Shown piece by piece: positions 1 through 7,263 of a stretch of DNA of 28,152 nucleotides (within the stretch, counting starts at the first letter, position 1; each line of letters starts with the position of its first letter). This stretch comes from a virus (Duplodnaviria; Heunggongvirae; Uroviricota; Caudoviricetes): IMG/VR virus record IMGVR_UViG_638341086_000001, positions 1 through 28,152 of that record; one strand, written 5' to 3'. A program made the translations under genes and the position numbers. Under the pieces are notes generated by a model. It saw only the letters and a list, made by a program, of their open reading frames with translations, was not told the origin of the DNA and ran no database searches.

Positions 1-601
1 CGTAATCGTCGGCGTTCGGTTTACTGTCGACCACGTGATACCGGCTGGCGCTGACAAGAGTTACCGGGTTAATAGTCAACAGGCCATCAGTTACAGCCTC
101 ATCAATGGCGCTGCGCAGAAATGACAGGTTATTCCTGATTGTTTTCAGCTTAGTTTTTCGGCTGGCTATCCAATTTTTTAGTACCGCAGGCGTCAATTCT
201 GTTACATGTAGTTTATGTAGTTCTGATAGTGCTGATAGACATTTTTCGTAACCGCCAATGGTTGACGGCGACAGATTGCGGTTCATGCAAATTTTCAGGT
301 ATTCATCAAGATAGGACTTAATATTTTTGGTTTTCTTTACTACACCGAATAACTCCAGTTTTTTGGAACTGGGGAAATATTTCGCATATTCAAACGTTCC
401 GCTGGCGATCTGATTTTGTATCTCCCCTAGCAGGCGCTCAGCATATTTAATACCACGTGTATTTGCCTCAAGCCGAGACAGGGGCTCCCTGCAAAGAACC
501 CCTTTATATGTGAAAGTGATAACTAGTGTTGAAGCAGTTTTATGCTTACGAATAGTTACTCCTCTTGGCAGAGATAATAATCCTTGTTCTTTCTTGCCCA
601 T
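1..601 (-). CDS. int: Tyrosine integrase, N-terminal ~200 codons (3' end lies beyond the window start)
   Basis: Minus-strand frame open from ATG (601-599) to position 1 with no stop. Translation MGKKEQGLLSLPRGVTIRKHKTASTLVITFTYKGV...GIKYAERLLGEIQNQIASGTFEYAKYFP...IRNNLSFLRSAIDEAV resembles the arm-binding/core-binding N-terminus of lambda-family integrases. Start lies inside the excisionase 3' end. Absent from the ORF track because it has no in-window stop. Confidence 0.8.
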   Translation of the reverse strand, partial: MGKKEQGLLSLPRGVTIRKHKTASTLVITFTYKGVLCREPLSRLEANTRGIKYAERLLGEIQNQIASGTFEYAKYFPSSKKLELFGVVKKTKNIKSYLDEYLKICMNRNLSPSTIGGYEKCLSALSELHKLHVTELTPAVLKNWIASRKTKLKTIRNNLSFLRSAIDEAVTDGLLTINPVTLVSASRYHVVDSKPNADDY

Positions 602-765
602 TTTGAAACCTCTATTAAGTCGACCCAGCGTTCTTTAACTCCGTCGACTTTTAATACATGAACCCCTTCTTTCCATATTCCTCTTTGTATCCGTTTGTTA
701 ACGGCATCAACCGTTTCTCCCGCGTCGCGGCAGTAGGTTGATATAGGCACGCAATCCAGCCCCAT
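556..765 (-). CDS. xis: Excisionase-like small DNA-binding protein
   Basis: 69-aa ORF (MGLDCVPISTYCRDAGETVDAVNKRIQRGIWKEGVHVLKVDGVKERWVDL...), basic with W/K-rich winged-helix-like pattern, overlapping the integrase start by 46 nt as in int-xis modules; RBS GAGGTG upstream of ATG. Confidence 0.6.
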   Translation of the reverse strand: MGLDCVPISTYCRDAGETVDAVNKRIQRGIWKEGVHVLKVDGVKERWVDLIEVSKWARKNKDYYLCQEE

Positions 766-773
766 ACATCACC

Positions 774-920
774 TCACATAACACTCAGCCCACGGCAGTG
801 GCACCACACGTCAAACATTCGCTTCACAACTTCACGACAGTAGAAGCCGTCAACATCTCGCGTCAGGTCATAGCGATTGCCGTAACGCTGGTGGACCCAT
901 TGTTCAAATGCTTTATTCAT
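774..920 (-). CDS. Hypothetical small protein (48 aa)
   Basis: ATG at 920-918, stop at 776-774; MNKAFEQWVHQRYGNRYDLTRDVDGFYCREVVKRMFDVWCHCRGLSVM; packed between the IS-disrupted gene and xis; weak RBS. Below the 60-aa cutoff of the ORF track. Confidence 0.3.
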   Translation of the reverse strand: MNKAFEQWVHQRYGNRYDLTRDVDGFYCREVVKRMFDVWCHCRGLSVM

Positions 921-923
921 TCT

Positions 924-1120
924 TTACTTCCTTTTTATGGCTCGTAATTTTTTCAGGTGCTTTTCCTGCTCAGTGTCCGCGAGAATTTTGCGGTACTCCT
1001 GGTGGTCAATATGTTCGAACAGGCAGTTTAACTCACCAATGCGTACCCGCCCGGATCGTCCGTCCATCCGTCGAAAGAACACTGAGTGCTCAGTGATGCG
1101 AGTAATCACCACGGGGTATC
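924..1120 (-). pseudogene. C-terminal fragment of a small gene (~80 aa) split by the IS629 insertion
   Basis: Frame ...YPVVITRITEHSVFFRRMDGRSGRVRIGELNCLFEHIDHQEYRKILADTEQEKHLKKLRAIKRK continues without stop into the IS left end. Joining it to 2434-2479 after removing the IS and one ATC copy restores a single ORF MFALIQRGQIYTDRAGYPVVITR... Confidence 0.5.
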
Positions 1121-1174
1121 TGAACCGCCCCGGGAATCCTGGAGACTAAACTTCCTGAGAAAGAGGTAAACAGG

Positions 1175-1501
1175 ATGACTAAAAATACTCGTTTTTCCCC
1201 TGAAGTCCGTCAACGGGCAGTCCGTATGGTTCTGGAAAGTCAGGGCGAATATGACTCACAATGGGCGACAATTTGTTCCATTGCTCCAAAGATTGGCTGT
1301 ACGCCGGAGACTCTGCGTGTCTGGGTTCGCCAGCATGAGCGGGATACCGGGGGCGGTGATGGAGGGCTCACCACCGCTGAACGTCAGCGTCTGAAAGAGC
1401 TGGAGCGTGAAAATCGTGAACTGCGCCGCAGTAACGATATCCTTCGCCAGGCTTCCGCTTATTTTGCGAAGGCGGAGTTCGACCGCCTCTGGAAAAAATA
1501 A
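1175..1501 (+). CDS. IS629 OrfA (HTH transposase N-terminal protein)
   Basis: 108-aa [57 protein letters not shown]... with leucine-zipper-like C-terminus; RBS GAGGTAAACAGG upstream. Confidence 0.9.
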   Translation: MTKNTRFSPEVRQRAVRMVLESQGEYDSQWATICSIAPKIGCTPETLRVWVRQHERDTGGGDGGLTTAERQRLKELERENRELRRSNDILRQASAYFAKAEFDRLWKK

Positions 1502-2388
1502 TGCCACTGCTGGATAAGCTGCGTGAGCAGTGCGGGGTCGGACCGGTATGCAGTGAACTGCATATTGCCCCGTCAACGTATTACCACTGTCAGCAACAGC
1601 GACATCATCCGGATAAACGCAGTGCCCGTGCGCAGCGCGATGACTGGCTGAAGAAAGAGATACAGCGCGTATACGATGAAAATCACAAGGTATACGGTGT
1701 GCGTAAAGTCTGGCGTCAGTTGTTACGGGAAGGTATCAGAGTGGCCAGATGCACTGTGGCACGTCTCATGGCGGTTATGGGACTTGCCGGTGTTCTCCGG
1801 GGTAAAAAGGTCCGTACGACCATCAGCCGGAAAGCCGTTGCCGCAGGCGACCGCGTAAACCGTCAGTTCGTGGCAGAACGACCTGACCAGCTGTGGGTGG
1901 CTGATTTTACTTACGTCAGCACATGGCAGGGCTTCGTCTATGTGGCGTTCATCATTGATGTGTTTGCCGGATACATTGTGGGGTGGCGGGTCTCATCGTC
2001 CATGGAGACGACATTCGTGCTGGATGCACTGGAGCAGGCGTTATGGGCCCGTCGACCGTCCGGCACGGTCCATCACAGTGATAAAGGTTCTCAGTATGTA
2101 TCGCTGGCCTACACACAGCGGCTTAAGGAAGCCGGATTACTGGCATCAACAGGAAGTACAGGCGACTCGTATGACAACGCGATGGCGGAGAGCATCAATG
2201 GTCTTTACAAAGCGGAGGTAATACACCGTAAGAGCTGGAAAAACCGTGCAGAAGTGGAACTGGCCACACTCACGTGGGTGGACTGGTATAACAATCGACG
2301 ATTGCTGGAAAGGCTGGGCCATACTCCTCCGGCAGAAGCAGAAAAAGCTTATTATGCTTCCATCGGAAACGATGATCTGGCAGCCTGA
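1501..2388 (+). CDS. IS629 OrfB (DDE transposase catalytic subunit)
   Basis: 295-aa ORF in -1 frame relative to OrfA; integrase-core DDE region ...WVADFTYVSTWQGFVYVAFIIDVFAGYIVGW...HHSDKGSQYVS...DNAMAESINGLYKAE... Confidence 0.9.
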   Translation: MPLLDKLREQCGVGPVCSELHIAPSTYYHCQQQRHHPDKRSARAQRDDWLKKEIQRVYDENHKVYGVRKVWRQLLREGIRVARCTVARLMAVMGLAGVLRGKKVRTTISRKAVAAGDRVNRQFVAERPDQLWVADFTYVSTWQGFVYVAFIIDVFAGYIVGWRVSSSMETTFVLDALEQALWARRPSGTVHHSDKGSQYVSLAYTQRLKEAGLLASTGSTGDSYDNAMAESINGLYKAEVIHRKSWKNRAEVELATLTWVDWYNNRRLLERLGHTPPAEAEKAYYASIGNDDLAA

Positions 2389-2430
2389 GTTCACAGATAA
2401 AATACTCTCCAGGAAACCCGGGGCGGTTCA

Positions 2431-2479
2431 ATCCGGCTCTGTCCGTGTATATCTGACCGCGTTGAATCAAAGCGAACAT
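2431..2479 (-). pseudogene. N-terminal fragment (16 codons) of the IS629-disrupted small gene, including the duplicated ATC
   Basis: ATG at 2479-2477 (MFALIQRGQIYTDRAG) runs straight into the IS right end; start is 4 nt after the stop of the upstream 27-aa ORF. Confidence 0.45.
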
Positions 2480-2483
2480 GTGG

Positions 2484-2567
2484 TTATCCCCATCGACAAA
2501 TTGAGAACACAACAAACGCTACTGCGAATACCACCCCCAGAGTTACGATTGCATCAGGCCAGCTCAT
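2484..2567 (-). CDS. Hypothetical 27-aa hydrophobic peptide
   Basis: Strong RBS AGGAGGTG 5 nt before ATG (2567-2565); MSWPDAIVTLGVVFAVAFVVFSICRWG is a single predicted transmembrane helix; immediately downstream of the DnaN-like gene. Confidence 0.3.
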   Translation of the reverse strand: MSWPDAIVTLGVVFAVAFVVFSICRWG

Positions 2568-2602
2568 TGATTCACCTCCTGCGGCGTCCTGGTATTCGAT
2601 TT

Positions 2603-3171
2603 TCATTCCGGATGCTCCTGAGCCACATTGAAATCGCCATGATCACGACAAGGCATCACAACAAATTCAGGATTGCCATACATTGAGTTGATGATGGAAT
2701 CAAACTGAATTCTGACCGCTTGCCCGTCACCGGAGGAACGTAACTGGACGGGAATAAATTTACGCTCACGACCAAACATCTTCTCTGGATAACTCAGGTA
2801 ACCCGCCTGGATCACCGGGTGTGTACAGAGGTCAAATTTTTTCGGAATGATGCGTTCCAAATCCGGAAAACAACCGTCCACCAATTTAATGCCGGTAATG
2901 GACAGCCGGCGCTGAAACTGGTCGCGATGAACAGGATCGGCTCTTTACTAAAAATCAGCTCTGTCGTTTCGGCTTTGGCCGGGACGCCACCTTCGAACTG
3001 GACAATGATGTTTTTCTTCGTCCGGATGCCGTGAGTCATGCGCAGTGCTACGAAACCATTGGTTGCCTCAATATGTTTTGGCGTGATGTGAAGACCGTTC
3101 AGGTAATAACGAACGTCGTTTTTAGCAGCGCACACCAGAGCGGCGCGAATAAGTTTTGACTGGATGATCAT
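2603..3171 (-). CDS. DNA polymerase III beta sliding-clamp (DnaN)-like protein, truncated two-domain homolog; apparent frameshift near 2939-2941
   Basis: Start ATG 3171-3169 overlaps the upstream gene's stop (ATGA). Frame 1 gives MIIQSKLIRAALVCAAKNDVRYYLNGLHITPKHIEATNGFVALRM...; frame 2 gives ...RLSITGIKLVDGCFPDLERIIPK...NPEFVVMPCRDHG. Motifs DVRYYLNG, ATxG..L, KLVDGxFPD and VVMP occur in the same order as in E. coli DnaN (recalled from memory). The two frames join only if one nucleotide is restored in the CC at ~2939. Confidence 0.55.
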
Positions 3172-3917
3172 GCTTTATCCTCCCATCCGATTACCTGAAA
3201 AAGCCCCATCTTCGGGTGATACCAGCGTGTGCCGCGTGGTTCAGCCTCTGACATCATTTGGTGGAACGCCGCCATAAATGTCTCAAGCTCGACGACAGCC
3301 CTGCGAGACAACAGACCGTCCGGAGTCATAAATTCGTGCGTGTCGGTAGGGATGTGGTAGGCGTTGACCAGATTCCGACACTTGGCGTCACTCATTCCGC
3401 TTTTGGCTACCACCTGGCGGTAACCGACATATCCGGTGCGCATTGTGCCGCGTTTGATGTTCTCCACAGCTTTGGTGACCGTTTCGATCTTCTCTTCAAC
3501 ATGACTCAGGCGCTTCTGCTGGCGAACGGCATCGGCGGCCATTGCAGCGATCATCTCCATTTCCGTCAGCGGCGCGTGAGTTCGGAAATAGCTGTTAACC
3601 AGTTCGCGCTGAACCTGCCATGCAAGAGCATCGTTAAAAGGCTTCGTCAACATCAGGTAACCAGACTCGAAAAGAATGATCCCTTTGGCAGTTCGCGCGG
3701 CAAAGGCATCAGAAAGTGACTCCGTACGTATTACGTCCGCAGTCATTTCAAGAAAATCCACCCCTTCGATAAAGTGAGAACGGTTGCGGTTAAACGCAGC
3801 ACGGGCGGTACCTTCCGGGCGCTGGTGGACGTCATCAATTATTGCAAATGTCACAACACGCTGACCGCGATATTCGATTACCGGAAACTGTTTGTTGTTG
3901 ATGGTTACAATATTCAT
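3168..3917 (-). CDS. ORF6N-domain (KilA-N/Bro-N-like) protein, antirepressor-like
   Basis: ATG at 3917-3915 with GGAG RBS 6 nt upstream (the ORF track's longer 3992 start uses a non-ATG codon). MNIVTINNKQFPVIEYRGQRVVTFAIIDDVHQRPEGTARAAFNRNRSHFIEGVDFLEM matches the ORF6N signature; C-terminal ~130 aa unassigned. Confidence 0.55.
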   Translation of the reverse strand: MNIVTINNKQFPVIEYRGQRVVTFAIIDDVHQRPEGTARAAFNRNRSHFIEGVDFLEMTADVIRTESLSDAFAARTAKGIILFESGYLMLTKPFNDALAWQVQRELVNSYFRTHAPLTEMEMIAAMAADAVRQQKRLSHVEEKIETVTKAVENIKRGTMRTGYVGYRQVVAKSGMSDAKCRNLVNAYHIPTDTHEFMTPDGLLSRRAVVELETFMAAFHQMMSEAEPRGTRWYHPKMGLFQVIGWEDKA

Positions 3918-3960
3918 TTTTATCTCCAGACAGCCCGGCGTGTAATACCGGGCATATGTA

Positions 3961-4788
3961 TTACTTAACCTGAATAAATGGTGTGTTGGCACCGCTGGTC
4001 ATGTATTGCGGCAGTGTACCGTTCCACTTGTTGATGGCTTCCAGCTCCATAACACCGGGGTTCTGGCGCAGAGCTTCACCGCGTAAACGAATAGCATCGG
4101 CTTCGGCCTGGGCTTTTGTGCGAATCGCATCTGCCTGTCCGGCAGCTTCCGCGCGCAACATGTTGGCTTCCGCTTCGCGCTGTTTTACTTCCTGCTCGCG
4201 TTGCAGGGTTTTCTGGTTCGCCGTGACTTTGGCATTAATGCTGTCGATAACAGTAGGCGGGTACTCCGGCTTACCCACATATGAGAGGCTCATTACCTGA
4301 ATACCGATGGGCGTCATTTCTTCCTGAATGTCTTTAAGAGCTGCATCCAGCAGCTCAGACTTGCCGCCGTCGATAAATTTGTCGGTGGTCATTTTGCTGG
4401 CCAGTCGGTTGAGTGCGTCGGCTATCTTCTGGCGCAGGTCGGTGTCGGTAATGTCGTCCACGCCTTTGCGGTAGGTCTGAAAGACTGTGGTAACTTTGGA
4501 TGGATCAACTTTGTAGGCCACGCCGATGTGATAGCCGATGGTTGTACCGTCACTCATCTGGAAACTGAATGGATCATCGTAGGTCTTCATCTGCTTAAAG
4601 GTCGGGAAGATGTAAACCTCAGTGTTCCATCCCGTCCAGTAGCGCCCAACACCGACCACTTCACCGACGCCTTTATCGTCGCCCAGTTTGTTTACTTTGA
4701 TGCCCACATTACCAGGCTCAACGCGATCGCAACCGACAAGGCCAATGGTCGGCAGAACAAGGGCTAAAGCAAAAAGTAATTTTTTCAT
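3961..4788 (-). CDS. SPFH/band-7 (prohibitin-like) domain lipoprotein
   Basis: 275 aa; N-terminal signal with lipobox LVGC (MKKLLFALALVLPTIGLVGC); central SPFH-like region and C-terminal coiled coil (QREQEVKQREAEANMLRAEAAGQADAIRTKAQAEADAIRLRGEAL); start overlaps the upstream small gene's stop (ATGA). Confidence 0.75.
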   Translation of the reverse strand: MKKLLFALALVLPTIGLVGCDRVEPGNVGIKVNKLGDDKGVGEVVGVGRYWTGWNTEVYIFPTFKQMKTYDDPFSFQMSDGTTIGYHIGVAYKVDPSKVTTVFQTYRKGVDDITDTDLRQKIADALNRLASKMTTDKFIDGGKSELLDAALKDIQEEMTPIGIQVMSLSYVGKPEYPPTVIDSINAKVTANQKTLQREQEVKQREAEANMLRAEAAGQADAIRTKAQAEADAIRLRGEALRQNPGVMELEAINKWNGTLPQYMTSGANTPFIQVK

Positions 4789-4973
4789 CTTTTATCCTTA
4801 GAAAAAGAAAGACCCTTATAAATGGCATAAATGCAGGGCGGGGTCAGACACGCCAGAGCAAAGCCAGAAATCACTGCTACCGTATCCTTCATTGATATGA
4901 GGGCCGGAACGATTAATCCGTAAATACATGTGATAATTGCCAGTGATATAACTATTCTGAAATAAATGTTCAT
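4785..4973 (-). CDS. Small two-helix membrane protein, partner of the SPFH lipoprotein
   Basis: 62 aa, MNIYFRIVISLAIITCIYGLIVPALISMKDTVAVISGFALACLTPPCIYAIYKGLSFSKDKR; RBS CAGGAGG 4 nt before ATG; translationally coupled to the SPFH gene. Confidence 0.5.
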   Translation of the reverse strand: MNIYFRIVISLAIITCIYGLIVPALISMKDTVAVISGFALACLTPPCIYAIYKGLSFSKDKR

Positions 4974-5033
4974 GGTCCTCCTGATGTATTCGGCTTGCCT
5001 TATTTAATTGCGTCATGGTTAATTTCGTTTACG

Positions 5034-5426
5034 TCAGAATGGTTTTGTTGCCATCAGTTCGTAATATCCGGCGCTCCATGTGTCATATTTTCTGAACCAT
5101 TTTTCTGTATACTGTTTCCTGGCGATGAGTCTGCGCAGTCGTCTGATTGTTCGCTGGTGTGCGCGGGTATACTCTGTGGTTGATTCTCCACGTTTCCATA
5201 TCTCATTCCTGTTGAAGATAAAACGCTTGTCAGGATAGCGTTGTCGGAATCCTGAACGTTCAAAAGCGCGGGTGGTCATAAAGAATGCCAGGTAACGAAT
5301 TGCCGTTTTTCGGGTGAGGCATTTTTTTGTTCTTCCGTGGCGTGTTACAAAAAATAACGGGCCGACGGGTGTATCATGTTTCTGTAATGCCTGGTCAATG
5401 GTGCTGGCGGTGCGGTTGTCGATCAT
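5034..5426 (-). CDS. Hypothetical basic protein (130 aa)
   Basis: ATG 5426-5424 preceded by GGAGA and overlapping an upstream stop (ATGA); MIDNRTASTIDQALQKHDTPVGPLFFVTRHGRTKKCLTRKTAIRYLAFF...; R/K-rich, no family recognised. Confidence 0.5.
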   Translation of the reverse strand: MIDNRTASTIDQALQKHDTPVGPLFFVTRHGRTKKCLTRKTAIRYLAFFMTTRAFERSGFRQRYPDKRFIFNRNEIWKRGESTTEYTRAHQRTIRRLRRLIARKQYTEKWFRKYDTWSAGYYELMATKPF

Positions 5427-5612
5427 TTCTTTATTTCTCCCGAATAACGTTCATGACTCATTACTTCCCAGTTCCGGCCGTCGTCTTTCGATAACAGCCG
5501 CCAGCGACGGTTAACCTTCAGACTGAGATATCCGGTGCGCTGTATCCGATGCGGAAATATCCGTCGGCATCGGTACAACAACAGGACCTGCAATGCCTGC
5601 CGGTGGATCCGC

Positions 5613-5828
5613 TCAGGAATGCGTGTTGCTGTTAATGCCACCGGTTTCCTCCTGAGCAGGTGCTGTTATCTGATACCCCGCTCTTTCTGCCAGCCGTATG
5701 AATGTATCCATGCTGGCAATCAGCTCGCCATCGCGGACTTTGCAGACACCTGTGACTTGGCCATTTTCAATTGTCATAACGATCTGCACTTTTTCGTGCA
5801 CAACAGATACAGGGGATAAATTAGCCAT
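5613..5828 (-). CDS. Hypothetical protein (71 aa)
   Basis: ATG overlaps the upstream stop (TGATG); GGAGG RBS 8 nt upstream; MANLSPVSVVHEKVQIVMTIENGQVTGVCKVRDGELIASMDTFIRLAERAGYQ... Confidence 0.45.
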   Translation of the reverse strand: MANLSPVSVVHEKVQIVMTIENGQVTGVCKVRDGELIASMDTFIRLAERAGYQITAPAQEETGGINSNTHS

Positions 5829-6187
5829 CAGTTAATTCCTCCGCTGATATATTTTTCTTTCGCGTAATCAATAACCTCTTGAAAAAGGTTGTCTATAATT
5901 AACTTTCCGGTTTCAGTCAGGTATTCAGTATGTTGATTAATCCCGATAGCATTCTGGTATGCAGTGTGGATTTCGGTTTCACCCTCCACCCGGCCCAATT
6001 CACCACGGGTAATACCTTCGAAGCGTAACAGCAACTGGTTTATAAACTGTTCAGTTATTTCTATGGTCGTAATGTTCCCATCCGGAAGGTCAACAATAAG
6101 CAGATTACCACCTGTTTTACGTTTTATTCGATGGAGTGCCGCAACAGCTATACGGCGACGATATGTATTAATGGGTTCATGTGTCAT
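5828..6187 (-). CDS. Hypothetical protein (119 aa) with arginine-rich N-terminus
   Basis: MTHEPINTYRRRIAVAALHRIKRKTGGNLLIVDLPDG...; first gene after a ~185-bp gap; no family recognised. Confidence 0.5.
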   Translation of the reverse strand: MTHEPINTYRRRIAVAALHRIKRKTGGNLLIVDLPDGNITTIEITEQFINQLLLRFEGITRGELGRVEGETEIHTAYQNAIGINQHTEYLTETGKLIIDNLFQEVIDYAKEKYISGGIN

Positions 6188-6372
6188 TTGTTATTTCCCG
6201 TATGCTTTCCCTGAGAAACAGTATTGCAACTGACCAGTATCCTGCATTAGCCATTAATAATGCGGTTTTATAAGCACTTCTGTTTTTCATGCATCACCAC
6301 CATTTTCAGGTTGTGGAAATTCCCGACCAGAGACCGTTATGTTTTTATGGGGGATTGTTTATTGAGTTTTCT

Positions 6373-6564
6373 TTATTCGTTGCGCAGTGTGTCGATATAC
6401 GCGTAAGCCATTTCACAGGTTTTATTCATGGAGCGAATGAGGCAACATAAATAATCGTCTGTCTCTCCTGAGTCGGGCGAATTCTTAAATATAAATTCAA
6501 GCATTGATGTATTCTTTTTTATTTGTGCTGCCACTTCCTCAAGAATATTTAATGGAGTTTTCAT
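6373..6564 (-). CDS. Small acidic protein (63 aa), third gene of the cI-adjacent cassette
   Basis: MKTPLNILEEVAAQIKKNTSMLEFIFKNSPDSGETDDYLCCLIRSMNKTCEMAYAYIDTLRNE; start overlaps the previous gene's stop (ATGA); AT-rich by eye. Confidence 0.5.
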   Translation of the reverse strand: MKTPLNILEEVAAQIKKNTSMLEFIFKNSPDSGETDDYLCCLIRSMNKTCEMAYAYIDTLRNE

Positions 6565-6752
6565 GTTCTTTGCTCCTTAAATGCATCGCATGCGCTTCTG
6601 GCGTATTGTTGTGCCAGTAAAAAGATATCATCCGAAAGTTCATCACATTCTTCATCACCGGAAGCCGAAATGATTAACCCCGCTTCAAGCAGTACGGCAA
6701 TGTGATGAAAAGCTGTCTCCGGTTCGTTGGTAAGGCCTTTGAACATTTTCAT
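6561..6752 (-). CDS. Small acidic protein (63 aa), second gene of the cI-adjacent cassette
   Basis: ATG at 6752 with AGGAGG 9 nt upstream (the ORF track's 6785 start is a non-ATG extension); MKMFKGLTNEPETAFHHIAVLLEAGLIISASGDEECDELSDDIFLLAQQYARSACDAFKEQRT; shares an SG-acidic ... A..YA pattern with the downstream 63-aa protein. Confidence 0.5.
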   Translation of the reverse strand: MKMFKGLTNEPETAFHHIAVLLEAGLIISASGDEECDELSDDIFLLAQQYARSACDAFKEQRT

Positions 6753-6753
6753 C

Positions 6754-7173
6754 TTATGCTTCCTCCTGATTTTGTTTATAAGCATCAGTCAATAACAACA
6801 TTGGATCACAGCCAAGAACATTAGCCAGAGGGATAAGCATGCTGATGGTTGGTTCGTACTCTCCGCTCTCCCACTGGATGATAATTTCTTCATCGAGATC
6901 GAGCAGCCTAGCGAGTTCGGCGGTTGTTAAGCCGCAGGTTTCGCGTTGGGTGCGAATCCGATTCTGGGAATTAATAGCTAAATTTTGTTTGCATAAACGT
7001 GACGCGGTGAGGCTATATTTTTGAGTTACAGCCAGGATGGAGCTGGCAAGTTCAATTAACTCAGGGTTATTGCTGCTATACAGTAGTGCACCAGTCCCTA
7101 CTAAGAGCTGAATATTCTCAAGAGCATCGTGCTGATTTGTTGGTAATCCCATATACGATGACATTTTTCTCAT
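6754..7173 (-). CDS. DNA-binding protein with C-terminal XRE-type helix-turn-helix, first gene of the cassette
   Basis: ATG at 7173 or 7164 (the latter better spaced from AGAGGA). N-terminal ~65 aa unassigned; C-terminal half RIRTQRETCGLTTAELARLLDLDEEIIIQWESGEYEPTISMLIPLANVLGCDPMLL is a classic Cro/C1-type HTH. Confidence 0.6.
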   Translation of the reverse strand: MRKMSSYMGLPTNQHDALENIQLLVGTGALLYSSNNPELIELASSILAVTQKYSLTASRLCKQNLAINSQNRIRTQRETCGLTTAELARLLDLDEEIIIQWESGEYEPTISMLIPLANVLGCDPMLLLTDAYKQNQEEA

Positions 7174-7204
7174 CCTCTATAATTGCTTTGGTGAGTTCGA
7201 TACC

Positions 7205-7250
7205 TATGTCAAGATAATAGGTTTACCGATTTCACCTGTCAATCGGTTTA
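7205..7250 (-). promoter_or_regulatory. Leftward (pL-like) sigma70 promoter with overlapping inverted-repeat operator
   Basis: On the minus strand: -35 TTGACA (7242-7237), 17-nt spacer, -10 TATTAT (7219-7214); inverted repeat ACCGATT-N9-AATCGGT (7225-7247) overlaps the -35 and spacer. Confidence 0.45.
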
Positions 7251-7263
7251 TCGATTTTTTCCC

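Larger units (their letters stand above)
1121..2430 (+). mobile_element. IS629 (IS3 family), complete 1310-bp copy
   Basis: Imperfect terminal inverted repeats TGAACCGCCCCGGG... (1121) and ...CCCGGGGCGGTTCA (2430); 3-bp direct repeat ATC at 1118-1120 and 2431-2433; two ORFs in 0/-1 frames with overlap at an A-rich slippery region (GGAAAAAATAATG) typical of IS3-family programmed frameshifting. OrfA/OrfB sequences recognised as IS629-type from memory. Confidence 0.9.

Noticed and set aside
5423-5641. 72-aa minus-strand track ORF overlapping the end of the 71-aa gene
   Set aside because: N-terminal two thirds overlap a better-supported gene in another frame and read as junk; only the C-terminal segment looks coding, which is treated as part of a possible frameshifted gene rather than this ORF.
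6177-6290. 37-aa minus-strand ORF in the gap before the 119-aa gene
   Set aside because: Overlaps the start of the 119-aa gene by 11 nt in another frame and has only a weak RBS; kept as unlikely.
6188-6372. N-type antitermination (nut) site upstream of the Arg-rich 119-aa gene
   Set aside because: No boxA-like CGCTCTTA and no boxB-like GC stem with purine-rich pentaloop found on the minus strand of the gap; the Arg-rich N-terminus alone is insufficient.
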